The notes beneath the pieces are model-generated. The model worked only from the letters and a program-made list of their open reading frames with translations, was not told where the DNA came from and made no database searches. DNA of 63,991 bases, filler included, from Hyphochytrium catenoides (taxonomy: Eukaryota; Protista; Hyphochytriomycota), in NCBI GenBank assembly GCA_900088475.1. It is 10 parts of 10 records of this genome, joined end to end, with 100 filler letters (N's around TTAATTAATTAA, not from the genome) between each part and the next. Parts side by side here need not be neighbours in the genome. Positions count along the whole stretch, not along the records: positions 34,977 to 42,573 come from FLMG01004592.1; positions 42,674 to 49,975 come from FLMG01003974.1; positions 50,076 to 55,930 come from FLMG01003249.1; 7 more parts are not named here. One strand, written 5' to 3'. Numbering within the stretch: the first letter of the stretch is position 1; every line of letters begins with the position of its first letter. Below are positions 37,978 to 50,652 of the stretch, piece by piece. The translations under genes and the position numbers were made by a program.

Positions 37978-40929
37978 ATGAAAGCCGCTCTCCGCGCTCT
38001 GCATGTCAGGCCCAGGCCTTTGAGATGGACGCCGCCTCCGCCACGGTCATCCTCTCTCTCTTTTCTGTCCGCATGTCAAAGGAGTGGTCACAGGGATGAG
38101 CGAGAGACGAGGAGAGAGACAAGATCCTATCACGGAGAGCCGCAGATCAGGCGCGCTCTGAACCGAGTGTGGACCGAAGAGGCCAAAGAAGCATTTGTTT
38201 GGCAGGAGAAGTGTAGTCAGGTGAGGCAAAGAAAAGAGAGAGAAAGAGAGTGACTAGTATCTCTCTATGTCTTTCCTCGCTTACTCTCTCTCTCTTTGCC
38301 TCTCTGTCTCTCTCTCCCTTTGACGCTGTTTGCTATCTGTAGATCGAGGTCGTAGGCTTAAACGACCAGGTGGTAGACTCTGTCTCGGATGGCTCTTTGA
38401 ACGCCTGTGAGAATCTGATCGACCGGCATTTGAAAGCAAGAGGAGACAGAGTCGCCATCTTCTGGAAGAGCGCGGACGATGACCCTGTCGTCAGGTGAGT
38501 CGGACTTCCTCATTTTTGTCCCTTAGAAAGAGACCATAAAGGTCTCTCTCTCTCTGTCTCTCTCTGTCTCTCTCTCCCTCTCCTCTTCTTCCTTTCTTTC
38601 TTTCTTTCTCATCGTAAATTAGCTCGTAGCTGTCACTGATCGCTCGGTGCAATTCTTTGCTCTTTCTGCTCCTTTCTCCCAGCTTCCATCTTACTCTGTT
38701 CAAAAGCTTCTCTCTCTCTCTCTCTCTCTCTCTTTTCTCTCTCTTCTCTCTCGTCCAATAACCATTTATATAACACTCATCTCTCACTCATGTCTCCCAC
38801 TCTCCCTGCAGACGCATCACCTACCGAGATCTTCACTCTCTCGTCTGCTCCACGGCTTCTTATCTGCAGCAGGAGCTGGGACTCAAGCAAGGAGACAACG
38901 TTCTTCTCTATCTTCCACGACTGCCAGAGACCGTCTTCTACATTCTGGCCTGTGCCAGACTAGGCATTTCCTACTCCGTGGCCCATCCCACAGCCTCTCC
39001 CCAAGAACTGAACCGATATATTGACAGGCATAAGCCCAAGCTGATTGTCACGAGCAATCATCCATCGAGAGAAGAGAGACGAGCAACGGTTGACTCTTCC
39101 TCGAGAAGAGGAGGCGAGGGAGAAGGATGTTCTGGAGTCCTTCTTCCCTGTAAGGAGAAGGTGGACAAGCTGCTGGAATGGAGCTCTGTGCCGCACGTCG
39201 TGGTGGTGGAGCGATGGAAAGAGAAGGGAGAGACGATGATGACGGGGAACAGGGACTATTGGCACCATGAGCTTCTGAACAAGAGAGAGGGAGACGTTGT
39301 GGCTCCTGTTGTTGTCCCAGCGGACTCTCCACTCTTCTACACGTTCAGCTCCTCATCACGTAGGTGCTTTCTATCCTCTCCATCTCTCTCCCTCTCCCTC
39401 TCTCTCTCTCTCTCTTGTTCTCTCTCACTCTTGTTTTCTCAACTTGTCGCTTTGGGTCTGTCGTCTCATTATTTTCTGCCTCCCTTCTTCTTTTCTCTCT
39501 TGCCTTTCATTCTTTCCTATTGCCATCTTATCTGGGTTAAAATGTGATTTAACCTTTTTATTCTTTCTCTCTCTTTTCTCTCTCTTTTTTTCCCGTTCTC
39601 CATCTCCCTGTCCCCTCCAGACGCCCCTCATAGCGTGGTTGGCTATCTGATGCACCTGAAGATGACGCTGCAGATGGAATACAATTTTACTCACGAAGAC
39701 AGGTTCTGGTGCGTCGCTGACGTCTCCGAGACCAACGGCCACAGCTACGGAGTGTATGGTGAGCAGCTAGAGAGAGAGTTAGGGCGAGAAGCAGGGGGCG
39801 GAAAGGAGGCCGTCGTTGGGTGGGCGGAGAGGAAGAAACTTAGATGGGAGAGAGAGAGAGACAGTGTAAAATCACAGCTACTGGTTGGAGAACTGGAGCT
39901 GCCATAGAGGGAAGGTGCGTCGTCAAACCGCGAGGAGGCACAGGGCAAGAGAAAGAGAGAGAGAGAGAGAGAGCAAGAGAGAGAGAAAAGCAAGTAAACA
40001 GGGGCGATGTAAGTTTTATCAAGTTAGAAGAGGGCAACTTCCGCTGTTTGTCCTTCCGTTCTTTATTCTTTGTTCCCTCTCTGTCTCCTCTCTCTCTTCG
40101 TCAGGGCCGCTACTGGCTGGCGCTTCCTTCGTTCTGTATGAGGCAAACGTCTGTCGGCCCCCTACCTCTCGTGTGTGGGAGACAGTGGACGAGCTCTCGG
40201 TCAGCATCCTGCTCGCCCACGCCAGTACTTTTGATACCTGGATGATGGATCATAGAGAGCATGACAGGTAACTCTCTCGCTCTCTATCTCGTAACTAATT
40301 TCTTATAAGCGCCTTCCCCGTTAAACTTTCGCTGTATCCAGAGGGAGGTATCCTGTCTCTCCATTTCTTGCATCTGTTTCTCTCTTGCAGTGTCTCTGTG
40401 TGTATCTCTCTTTCTATATTTTGATCTCTCTCCTTCATACTCTCCACTCTCTCTTTTCGTCTTCTCCACTCTATGCTTCCCTCTCTGTTTCCGCTCTCTC
40501 CGTTTGATTTCAATGTCTCCCTCTCATTCTTTTCTCTCCTTCTCCTACTGTCGCATCAAGCTCTTGTACGCTCTCCCTCAAATCAATAATGCCCCTTGGC
40601 CACTTTATCTCTCTCTCTCTCTCTGTGTCTCTCTCACTCTCATCACCAGGCTCAGTACTTCAAAGAGAGACTCGCTTCGCGTCCTCGGTAGCGTTGGCTT
40701 GGACCCTGTTTCTCCCCAGTGTTGGCGCTTCCTGCAGTCTGAAGTAGGGAGCAATAGATGTATGATCACGGAGATAGACAATCTCTCCAACTCTCTCCGA
40801 GCAGAGCTGCCCTATCTTCTGCCCAAGAGGGAGAGAGAGAGAGACTCCAAGGACTTCGCCGAGTACATGGAGAAGAGCTGTTCTCCTGTCACTTCCTTTG
40901 ATAAACTCGGTGGGGCTCTGAAGAGCTAA
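37978..40929 (+). CDS. Truncated, degenerate acetyl-CoA synthetase paralogue (probable pseudoenzyme) with a presequence-like N-terminus
   Basis: Six exons (37978-38220, 38343-38494, 38812-39359, 39621-39758, 40105-40267, 40650-40929) sum to 1524 nt in frame. ACS motifs: LNACENLIDRHL, ITYRDL, LACARLG, FWCVADV, GHSYGVYGPL, SLRVLGSVG. Confidence 0.85.
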
Positions 40930-41537
40930 GAACTAAAGAGAGAAAGAAGATAGAGCCCTGCCCACCAGGCTAACTCCCACAGAGAGCACAACTTAGGAGA
41001 CTGAGCAAAGTCTCTTCTGCCCCCACGTTCTTTTCTCTCTCCCTCTCTCTCCCTGACGGCACTCTCTCACTCGTCGCCTGCATTACGGGCGAGCCATGGA
41101 GGAACGCTATAAGAAAGAGGAGGCAAGGGCAAGCTTCAGAGATCCACTCTACTCTCTTAAACCTCTTGGTATTGGTTCTCTTCTATCCCTCTTTGTCTAT
41201 GTCACCTCTCTCTCTCTTCTCCTAGTGCCACTGCACTAAAAATGTGGCCTGATGGCTACGAAGACAAAGAGAGAGAAGGGTCAGAAAGGAGAGAGGGAAG
41301 CCTTGACAGAGAGGGAGCCAAGAACAGAAAGGACTTTTAGATAGACTAATGGCTCAAAGTAATCTTCAACCATTTGAATATACTGTTGAGTTCCTCTACA
41401 TCTGTTAATCTCATTACTGACTATCACACGGAGCTTGACGGAAGGAAGATAGAAGATCAGCGGGAGACAAATGGCGGGAGGCTAGAGAACGGAGAGAGAG
41501 AGAGAGAGAGCCTGCACTCTTGATTGTCGCAAGGCAT

Positions 41538-42517
41538 TTATGGGGAAGGGCGCTCCGCCAAGGGCGAGGATGGAGAAGGAGAGGAGGTGGACAGGTTTCG
41601 AAAGCCAGAGAGAATGAGATACTCGCTGTCATACTTCTGCTTCAACTCTTGGAGAAGAGAGAGAATCCCAATCTTTTCTGCATCCACGCCATCCATCGCG
41701 TTGAAGTTCATGCCCTGAATGCGCCGTCCTCCTTCTTCTCTCACGGCCTGTTCCAACTCTCTCTTCCACTCTCGGATGTACTCGAATCTCTCTCGAGTCT
41801 CTTCCTCTTTGTCCCAGCCAACAAAGACAAAGAGCTCTAGTAAGCCGTCTCTCTTCCGAACCAGTGTGTCTGTGGCGCCGTGTTTCTCTCTATATTTCCC
41901 TGATCTCCACTCCATCACAATGCCTCCTCGATGAGGTTTGTCCTGTTCCTGCAGGAGCTGTAGCACCTTCTCTTGGAGAGAGGGACCAGGCTTCTGCACC
42001 ACGTCGAAGCCTGAGAAGTAGTAGAGAGCCCGGTCAAACTCCTTATCAAACATCTGCTGAACGGCAGTGAAGGGAGCCAGACCTCTCATGACTTCTTGGT
42101 GAGGGAGAGAGAGAAAAGGAGAGAAGAGCTCTTCTCCCTCACGTTGAAGCGCTCTCTCTCTCTCTTCTTCTTCCTCCTTCCCCTCAGCGCTTCCACGTTT
42201 ATCCCCCGTCTCTTGTCCTCCCTCTTCTAGATCTCTCGTTTCTCTCTCCAATTTTCCTTCTTGCCGCTCCTTAGGATGCAGAATGAAGATACCCTGGATG
42301 AGCTTCTCTCCCTCTGGGCTGTACGTACAGACCAACGCGGCACCAGCGCGTCTGTTTGTCTCATTCTTCGGATCGGAGATGAAGGTGGCAAAGCGATCCA
42401 GTACTTCTCTCCCACAGGAAGAAAGAGAGAAGGAGAGAACGAGAGAGAAGGTCTTTCCTGGATAGTCATAGCCCTGCAGTGTCATTTCTGTGACAATCCC
42501 CGTCACACCTGCGCCTC
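41538..42517 (-). CDS. FAD-linked oxidase, berberine-bridge-enzyme family, last exon (5' end lost at scaffold edge)
   Basis: GGAGVTGIVTEMTL (end of FAD_binding_4, cf. GGNFGIVT) and BBE-like LQELKQKYD near the C-terminus. Confidence 0.7.
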
Positions 42518-42912
42518 CTTTGAGAGAGAGAAAGAGAGAGGCGTTCTCTTTCTCGTTGGCCTCAAGGTACTCTNNNNNNNNNNNNNNNNNNNNNNNNNNN
42601 NNNNNNNNNNNNNNNNNTTAATTAATTAANNNNNNNNNNNNNNNNNNNNNNNNNNNNNNNNNNNNNNNNNNNNTCTCTCTCTCTCTCTCTCTCTTTCTTT
42701 CTGTCTAGCGCTCTCTTGCGTCTGTTTTTTTCTTCAACTTCAGCACTTGTCCAGTGAAGGTTACAAGCTTCATCGCTCCGCCTCAGCTCTTCTCTCTCTG
42801 ACAATCCCTCTCCTTGCATGACAACAGCAGCTCGTCTGTCTCCTCTCACTCGCTGCACTGCTTCTTCATGGCGACAGCACTTCTTCGGCGGCGGCCAGAG
42901 TCAGAGAGAGAG

Positions 42913-42962
<50 letters not shown>

Positions 42963-43210
42963 GGGCACAGCCCTACACTAGCCCGATCACCAATCCTCTA
43001 AACTGAAGGAAGGCTTACAACCTGAAACACTCTTCCTGACCCACTGACTGACGGACTGTTTGGCTTGCTGGGGCAAACCTCTACCCCGCGCGGTGGCAAA
43101 GGCTCAACCAGCCACCGAAGGGTAGGAAAGAGACAAGGAAAGAGAGAGGTAAACTGAAGCGAAAGACAAACAGACGGACTGAAGCAAGGGAAGGTGCTTG
43201 CTGCCCTGAT

Positions 43211-43939
43211 ATGGCGGAGCCTGCGAGAGCTCTCGCCGCGAACGATGCACAAGCGTCAGAAGACATGGAAGATGAGGACTTGAGAAGGTTCGGGCGAGGC
43301 GCAATGTCGCTCCGTTATTATATCACTGGAACGTTCTCTTCTCCCTATCTTCCCTGTTCTTAAGAGTCGGGCTCTTGGCGAGACTTCCTCCTCCTTCATC
43401 CTCTTCTTCTTCATCTCTCTCTCTCTCCCGTCTCTCTCTCTTCTTCTGTCTTTGTTTCTCTTCTCTCCTTTTCTTTTGCTCTCTCTTTTTGCCTTTGCCT
43501 CCCTTTTCCTCTCTCTCTCTCTTCTACTGCGCTCTCTGCACAATTCCACGCACGTACAGTCTCCATTCTTACCGCGTCGCTCCCCTTCCTTTCCGACATC
43601 TGGCTTCCCTCTCTCTCTCTCTCCCACCTCTCTCTCTCTCCCACCTCTCCCCGGCAGCTACTGGTCTCCTTCTCGAGTGACTGAGTTCCTATACCTGGGA
43701 GGTTACCATCACACCCGCAGGCTGCAGGTGTTGGATGAGCTCCATATCACGCACATTCTGAACGTGAGGGAGTCAGGCAGATATCCTCCCGTCAGATTCA
43801 AATACTATCATTATCCTGTGTCAGACTTTGGTAGGTAGATCGGCCCTGGCCCGTGGCAGTGGGCGCCTCGCTAGAGGAGATAGAGAGCGTGCTTCTCATA
43901 CAAGGAGTCCTCGAGAGCGACAAGAAAGAGAGACCGAGA

Positions 43940-43970
<31 letters not shown>

Positions 43971-45300
43971 TAGGAAAGAGGGAAAGTAGGAGGACAGACG
44001 CACGCCAAAGAGAGGAAGAGGAGAGGAGGAGAGAAGCAGAGGAGAGAGACAAAAGTGGTAGATGGATATGGCGGCAGTAGGGGAAAAAGAGATGGAAGGA
44101 AGAAACAGATGAGACAAGGAGAAGAATCTTCGCGAGGAGAGAGGAACTCTGGCTATGCCCATGTCTTTCCCATCTTGTGCGAACCCTATCAATTGCAGGC
44201 ACAGATGATCTGAAGAAGGCGCTAAAGGACTGCCGATGCTTCATAGACGATGCGAAGGCTCGAAGCGGGCGAGTGTTGATGCACTGCTCTCAAGGTAGCC
44301 TTCTCATGTTCCTGCCTCTGGAGCTCTCCTGCAGCCTCTACATCACTTTCTCTCTCGCTTCTAGATCCAGGAGGTCTCCTTGTACCTGGATTCTGTCTTC
44401 CGCGACATCTCTGTCACTAGAGCGGAAAGAACGATGACACCCTTACAAAGTTCCCCATTCTTTCTAACGCCGAACAAACGCTATAGCAATTCTTCTGTCC
44501 TTAGTTATCAACACATTCTTGGTGGCGCACTTTTGCATCCTCGTCTCTCCCTCTGCTTAGGGTAGAGTCGCGCTCTTAGAGTAGAGTTTCACTCCTCATG
44601 CCTTCGTTTGCTCTCTATTAGGTATCAACAGAGCCCCCACCATAGCTATCGGGTATCTGATGCTTTCAGGACAGACTCTACGCAGTGCTTATAAAGCAGT
44701 TGCCAACGCTCGCCCTCAGATATCTCCCCATGAGAGCTACTTTCAGCAGGTGAGTCACCCCATTCGTTCTTCCTCCTTTCATATACTTGCAAATCTATGT
44801 GATGGCAGGAGAGTTTCATTGGTTGCCGTTCTCTTCCCAATTGCCATGGTCAGCTCCACTGACACGTTGGCTCCATTCTCTCGCAGTTGCAAGATCTTGA
44901 TGCTGAGCTGTATGGATCTGTTTCACTCAGCAGAGATGACGTGGGGCCCAGCCTGCAGTCAATACTCCGAGATCTGGCACACCCAACAACCGAGAAAACA
45001 GAAACGGTGTCTGCGTCCTCTCTGACGCTAGAGCAACTAGCTGTGAGAGATTCTGCTGCTCCTCCGCCTACTTTGCGCCTTCGCACGCGAGAAACGGATG
45101 CAGAAACGACAGACGCGACCCTTGCCAGTGATGCTTCTTTCTCTGTCTCTGATGATACCGCTCAGCTATCTGAGCTGGCCACCTCAGCCTCCGAGATCTC
45201 TTACATCTCCTTTCCTCGAAGTATAGTAGAACATGCCAGAACAGGTCCAGCAACCGTCACAGTGCGGGCACATAAGAAAGGAAAATGCATTATCTCATGA
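43211..45300 (+). CDS. Atypical dual-specificity phosphatase with a C-terminal CAAX box
   Basis: Exons 43211-43287, 43658-43830, 44199-44294, 44622-44749 and 44887-45300 sum to 888 nt. Motifs FLYLGG, ITHILNV, VSD and HCSQGINRA; ends KKGKCIIS*. Confidence 0.9.
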
Positions 45301-45425
45301 CATACCATTAGACGATACTAGGAAGCACAAATCTGCGTGAGCTCTCTTCTTTAGTCTCTTCGTCCGCTTCATAGCTACTCTCCCGCTAGCAAATGAGAGA
45401 GCATAAGGAGGACCTTTCTTCCTAT

Positions 45426-46838
45426 TCATACAGTCTTTCTCTTTGCTAGCATGGGTCTCGAGCTCCTCAGTCGGGTGTAACAGATCCAGAGAGAAAGCCC
45501 AAATAGAAGGATGGCTCCTGGCAGGAGGATGTGGAAGGTAGAGAAAGACCCTGGATATTCGAGCAAGAAACAGATAATGATGAACGTACTGAGCATGGCT
45601 GATACCATTAGAACGCGGAGGAAGAGAGAAAGAAGAGAAGGAGCTTCCACTTCGTTCTCGTCCTCCTTCTCTCGAAGTTCATGGTACCCCGCCGTCATCT
45701 CTCTGTTCTCAACGCTTTCCCTTTCATTAGGAGAGAACTTGACCACTGGGCGAAGCTTTAGTAGGAAAGCAGCGTCAGAGAGGAGCATGATGAGCTGAGT
45801 CCCAAGTTCAAGCCAAACAGGAATAAAGACAAAGCCCCAGTTAAGCATCAGTATCCCGTCAATCTTGAGAGAGAGAAGGACAGCGAAGGCAATGCGCACC
45901 ACAGCCCGCTGCAGCATCGCCTCAGCTTTCCCATTGAGATTTTCTCGAATACAAAGAAGAACCTCTTCTTCTAGCTCTCCAGCGAGGAGCGATTGCTCTT
46001 CAGAAAAGTGGGCGGAACTATCAAACATTCTTTCCCGCTCATACTCTAATCGAAGCTTCCATCCCAAGATGACCATCATTGCTACTTCTAATAGCGTGAG
46101 CCCTTCATAAGCGAACCAAGGAACAAAGACCTCGGTGGCTTTGACAAGGATGAAGCCATCTAGTTGAAGGACGATCATAACCTGAAAGGCTATGAAAGCC
46201 AGAAGTTTGAGCACAAAGAACACGTACATGAACGGTCGATAGCCAGCCCAGACCTGCACTAACGCTTGGCTCTCAAGCCCCGCAGGCGGGACAAAGTAAC
46301 GATTACCCAGCGAGACAAAGAGCGCGATATCCAGCAGCCATAGGGGAAACATCACAGCGGCGTAGTCCCAATCAACCAATCCGTCTAGCCGGAAGCACCA
46401 TAGAATAGGTACAGAGAGGATAAAAAGATTCGAGAATAGGATCATGAAGAGGAAAAGAGGCGTGCCGCAGGTGTACAACTCTGCTGCAGTGCTTGCCCAG
46501 TCACTAGGGAGAAGAGCAGAAGCTTGCTCCAGAGCTTCTATGGCGGTCTCTCCTCCTCGGTCATACAAGCTTCTCTTCTTGGTATCGGACAACACATCGT
46601 AGGCATAGCGCACTACCAGATACTGGTCCATTGCAGAGAATTGAGCTTCTTCGGTCTCCCTCTCCGGGAGCAATTCCATTGCTCTGAGCTTGTAAGCTCG
46701 CCGGATGCTCTCTTGAGAAGCATCCCGCTTAACTCCTAAGACTTCATAGAGACTTTGGGGTACGTCTCGGATGGAAGGAGGAGGGGCCGAGGGGATAAGG
46801 GGCTCAGCAAGCCTTGTGCTGCCTTCTTCCTTTAACAT
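45426..46838 (-). CDS. Intronless J-like domain plus TMEM185/Tmemb_185A-type multi-pass membrane protein
   Basis: LYEVLGV...IRRAYK...AYDVLSD..KRSLYD J-domain; three repeats of (R/Q/K)(L/I)DG...(V)F.P.W; ends KRKTV. Confidence 0.85.
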   Translation of the reverse strand: MLKEEGSTRLAEPLIPSAPPPSIRDVPQSLYEVLGVKRDASQESIRRAYKLRAMELLPERETEEAQFSAMDQYLVVRYAYDVLSDTKKRSLYDRGGETAIEALEQASALLPSDWASTAAELYTCGTPLFLFMILFSNLFILSVPILWCFRLDGLVDWDYAAVMFPLWLLDIALFVSLGNRYFVPPAGLESQALVQVWAGYRPFMYVFFVLKLLAFIAFQVMIVLQLDGFILVKATEVFVPWFAYEGLTLLEVAMMVILGWKLRLEYERERMFDSSAHFSEEQSLLAGELEEEVLLCIRENLNGKAEAMLQRAVVRIAFAVLLSLKIDGILMLNWGFVFIPVWLELGTQLIMLLSDAAFLLKLRPVVKFSPNERESVENREMTAGYHELREKEDENEVEAPSLLSLFLRVLMVSAMLSTFIIICFLLEYPGSFSTFHILLPGAILLFGLSLWICYTRLRSSRPMLAKRKTV

Positions 46839-48078
46839 TGCCTTGAGTCTTAGAGTTCAGAGGGCAGCTTGGGATGATCAAGAAAAGAGAACTTTGCAGA
46901 TAAGACACGCAGAAGGCCTCCGGGCATGGGGCTGCACGGTAGCAGCCACGCAGCAGCGAGATTTGAAGCAACCTTTCAACCCTCTACGGCAGGTTCACTT
47001 CTGTCCTCCTTGAAGCTCACATGATGGGCGATGACGCCGTCGAATGTCGATAGTCCAGTACGCCTTGCAAGTATTAAAGCAAAGACAGGCGGCGGGCTTA
47101 CTTTGAAAGACGGACATAAGAACCAAGGAGAACCGAGAGCGGAGAAAGAAACAAAGAAAGAGATGAAGACAGAGAGAGAAGAGAGAGAGAGCGGCCAGAG
47201 AGAGAGGGGAGAGAGAGAGAAACAGAGAAGAGGAGAGCGCGAGACAGAGAGGAGAGAGAGCGGGCAGAGAGAGACAGGAGTGTGAGAGAGAGAGAAACAG
47301 AGAGAGAGAGTGGAGCGAGAGAGAGAGAGAGAGAGAGGGCGAGAGACAGAAAGAGCGAGAGAGAGAGAAACAACGAGAAAGAGAGAAACAACGAGAAAGA
47401 GAGACGAGGGATGAGTAAGGGGTAGCGGAGTGCCAGATGGACAAGCAGGAGAGGCCTTAGGCACGGCAGCGGCAGGGCCAGGATCTGACCTTTCACAGCT
47501 CGCGCTTCCAAAAACGGCCTCAGAGAATAAATCAAGACCTCATTCGGCCACTTTGCAGTGAGGTAAAGCTGTATATACCCACCTGAGCATGTCTTTGTGA
47601 GGGCTAAAATAAGGTCTAGATGAACTCCTCAACCAATCAAGGGCCAACAGGTTTGCGTATTATTCTGAATCCATAGCTCTATGGCAAAGCATATATCATC
47701 AAACGTTGTACCACTATTTGGGAACGGTACAGTAGACATGAGGGCTGGATGATAGAGAAGGAAAGTCCAATTCCCTGTCTGCTTCATTCATCAGCTGGCG
47801 CTGGCGCTGGCGCTGGCACGGATGAAGCTGAGCAGGAAGCCTCCATTCGTCGAGATCTCCACATAACCGCGATGACCAGGAGCAGTACTAATGTCAGCGC
47901 TGTACTTCGATGAAGAGAATAGCGCAAAGTGCTTGAAGACGCTAATAATGGCCTCCTCCTCACAAGCCTGACAGCACTTATACCTTGGGGACGATACCCT
48001 GGGAGGAGTGATGGTTTTGAACGTACTGGCAAGCATCATCAATACGCTTGCTGATCCTTTGCTTGGGAAGGAGATGGC

Positions 48079-48314
48079 TAGATTCGCGGCGAGGGTCAAG
48101 GACGATGGTGATACTTGCACGGGACTATCTACGCAGGGACAAAGTCAACATAAACAACAGCCCCTATCAAGCGAATATTCAAGAAATTGAAAGATTGCAA
48201 GCTGAACCTATTCGCTTGATGGCTATTCGCTTGATGGCAGCTGTTGTTAGTGTTGATTTGACCCAAGGTGAAGACTAGTATTACCATCAGTCCTTGATCC
48301 TCGCCGCGAATCTA
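48079..48314. repeat. Imperfect ~235-bp foldback palindrome
   Basis: Three nested blocks pair: TAGATTCGCGGCGAGG..CAAGGAC..GATGGT.ATACT, CAAA.TCAACA..AACAACAGC and ATCAAGCGAATA. Confidence 0.85.
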
Positions 48315-50371
48315 TCCCTCCGCCGCGAACCGACATTCCGAGTGTTCGCGGGCTTGACTGATGGATCAGGAGCAAGTAAAGGTATCTTATGACGTCGAGA
48401 GTTGTGAACGGAGGTGGAATAGAGCTTGCACCTATAGAACTATGTTAAGCTGTCGGTACTATTATGAGCTGGCTGGTAGCCCACGAGCACTCCACAATCA
48501 GGAAAACCTTAGAACGGCGGGAGTATCAGGAACTTACTTCGAGGGCTGACCGCGAACAGGATAAATGCAGTATCTCCGACTCCAATCGGAAGAGCTGTGG
48601 ACCCAACTAACGGGAGTCGGATGGCGACAGCACTTGTTCCACCTTTCGCTGAGAAAGCGGAGAGTGCCGGATACCTTCTGGAGGTTTCTTCATCACGACC
48701 GCGGGAGCCGTGGGAAGGAGGAAATTTACGGTCTTTGGCTTGAAATTGGCAAAAAAGAAATCTGGGACGGCTTCATCAGCTCCTCGACCAGCTGCTGCAC
48801 TGCTTTGCCGGCTCTAGAAAGATATTTCTAAAGCCCCCCAACACTTGATGGTGAGTTCAAGACGGGCTTCTTCATGAACTTATGTTCACTTCCCAACCTA
48901 CCAAGCAAAGCGTAGAACGTGTCAACAACAAATGATCCTAATTCTCTCCCAAAACTTATGTCTTTCTTTTCTTCTTGTTAGCAATTACTCACTAGAAGAG
49001 CAATGAGCTACGAAGTCTTGGTCTCTTCAGCTCCTCCCCTATTGTCACCATCATTATGAAGGAAGAAAGAATCACACTTGTTGTTCTCAGCAACAACAAC
49101 AATAGGAGATAGAGGAGCGCAAGAAGGACAGCATAGCCCATCATCACTCTGGACCAGGCAAGCCAGAAAGATGGGTCCCACCGCTGAAGAGAAATACCCT
49201 TGAAGATCTAAAGCACATCTCCTCTTTAAAGAACCGCCAAAGAGACTCTGGTACAGGCTTGTTTGAGCGCGCCAACAACTAAAGATTCATCTGTTCTTCC
49301 TCCCAATGGATAATGTTCTACATTGTCTACTGAGGAGGACAATGCCGGAAGGTTTATTATACAAATATTGCGCAGGGAGGAGGTAAAAAGTGAGAGTTGG
49401 ACACAGATATTCACAATAAGATTAATAAGAGAGAGAGGGATGACGGGGGAGAGACAGGAGAGGGAAAGAGAGAAGAGGGAGAGAGATATAGAGAGAGACT
49501 GCGAAGGACAGGGAATAAGAGTCGCACGAGTATTTCTAGATGAGGAAAGAGACAGACAGAGCGGAGACCTGGTGCTTATTCTCTCGCCATCATCAACAAA
49601 TCTACAGAGACGAAGGAGGTTGTCTTCCTTTTTCCTATGTGACCTTTCACAAGAGTGGCTTCTTTGTAAGTAGGTAAGTTGTGGGGGGGAAGCATAAGGT
49701 ACTTACTTACTTGTGTGGTTCTTCGAGGGGTTTTGATGTGCTTGTTACAAGTACTTGTACTTTGTTGCCGAGGACTAGTTTCTTAATAATCTAGGAATAG
49801 TAAAATGTTGGACTTGAAGCTTGAAGCATCTTCTACAGTAAGTACCATATGAATATATAGAGATATGCAGAAGTCCATAATACCTATACTTTCTACAAAA
49901 AAAAAGCAGCAGCGAAACAGAGTGGACTTGTGTAGTATTATATGGGTCAGATGTCTGAGACTTGTCTGGTGACGGNNNNNNNNNNNNNNNNNNNNNNNNN
50001 NNNNNNNNNNNNNNNNNNNTTAATTAATTAANNNNNNNNNNNNNNNNNNNNNNNNNNNNNNNNNNNNNNNNNNNNGAGAGAGAGAGGGAGAGAGAGAGAG
50101 GAGATAGGGACAGATAGTGAGAGAGAGAGAGAAAAAAGAAAGAGAGAGAGAAACAGAGAGAGAGATGGGGCAAGAGAGAAGAAGGAGGCACGAAATGAAG
50201 AGAAACATGAAAGGGAGACGAAATCCTCAAAGATTTCCAAGACAATAGGAAAGACGCAAGAGGAGATAGTGAAGGAGACAGAAGAGAGAAGAGAGGGAGA
50301 GGAAAGGGAGAGAGACAAAAAGACCTAAACAGAGATGGGGAGAGAAAGAGAGAGAGAGAAAAGAGGCTTAC

Positions 50372-50483
50372 CTTCGGGTACAGTGTGTCTACATCTGCGT
50401 CCATCAGCCCCAGCTCCCGGAGGAACTGTCCCACAAAGCCTGACAGTCCATCAACAGAGAATCAGTACTCGTCCCAATAGCCG

Positions 50484-50521
<38 letters not shown>

Positions 50522-50620
50522 TTCCCGTTTTCTCTCTCTCTCTTTTCCCGTTTTCTCTCTCTCTTTTCCCGTTTTCTCTCTCCCTCTCTTTTTCCGTTTT
50601 CTCTCTCTCTTTTCCCGTTT

Positions 50621-50652
<32 letters not shown>

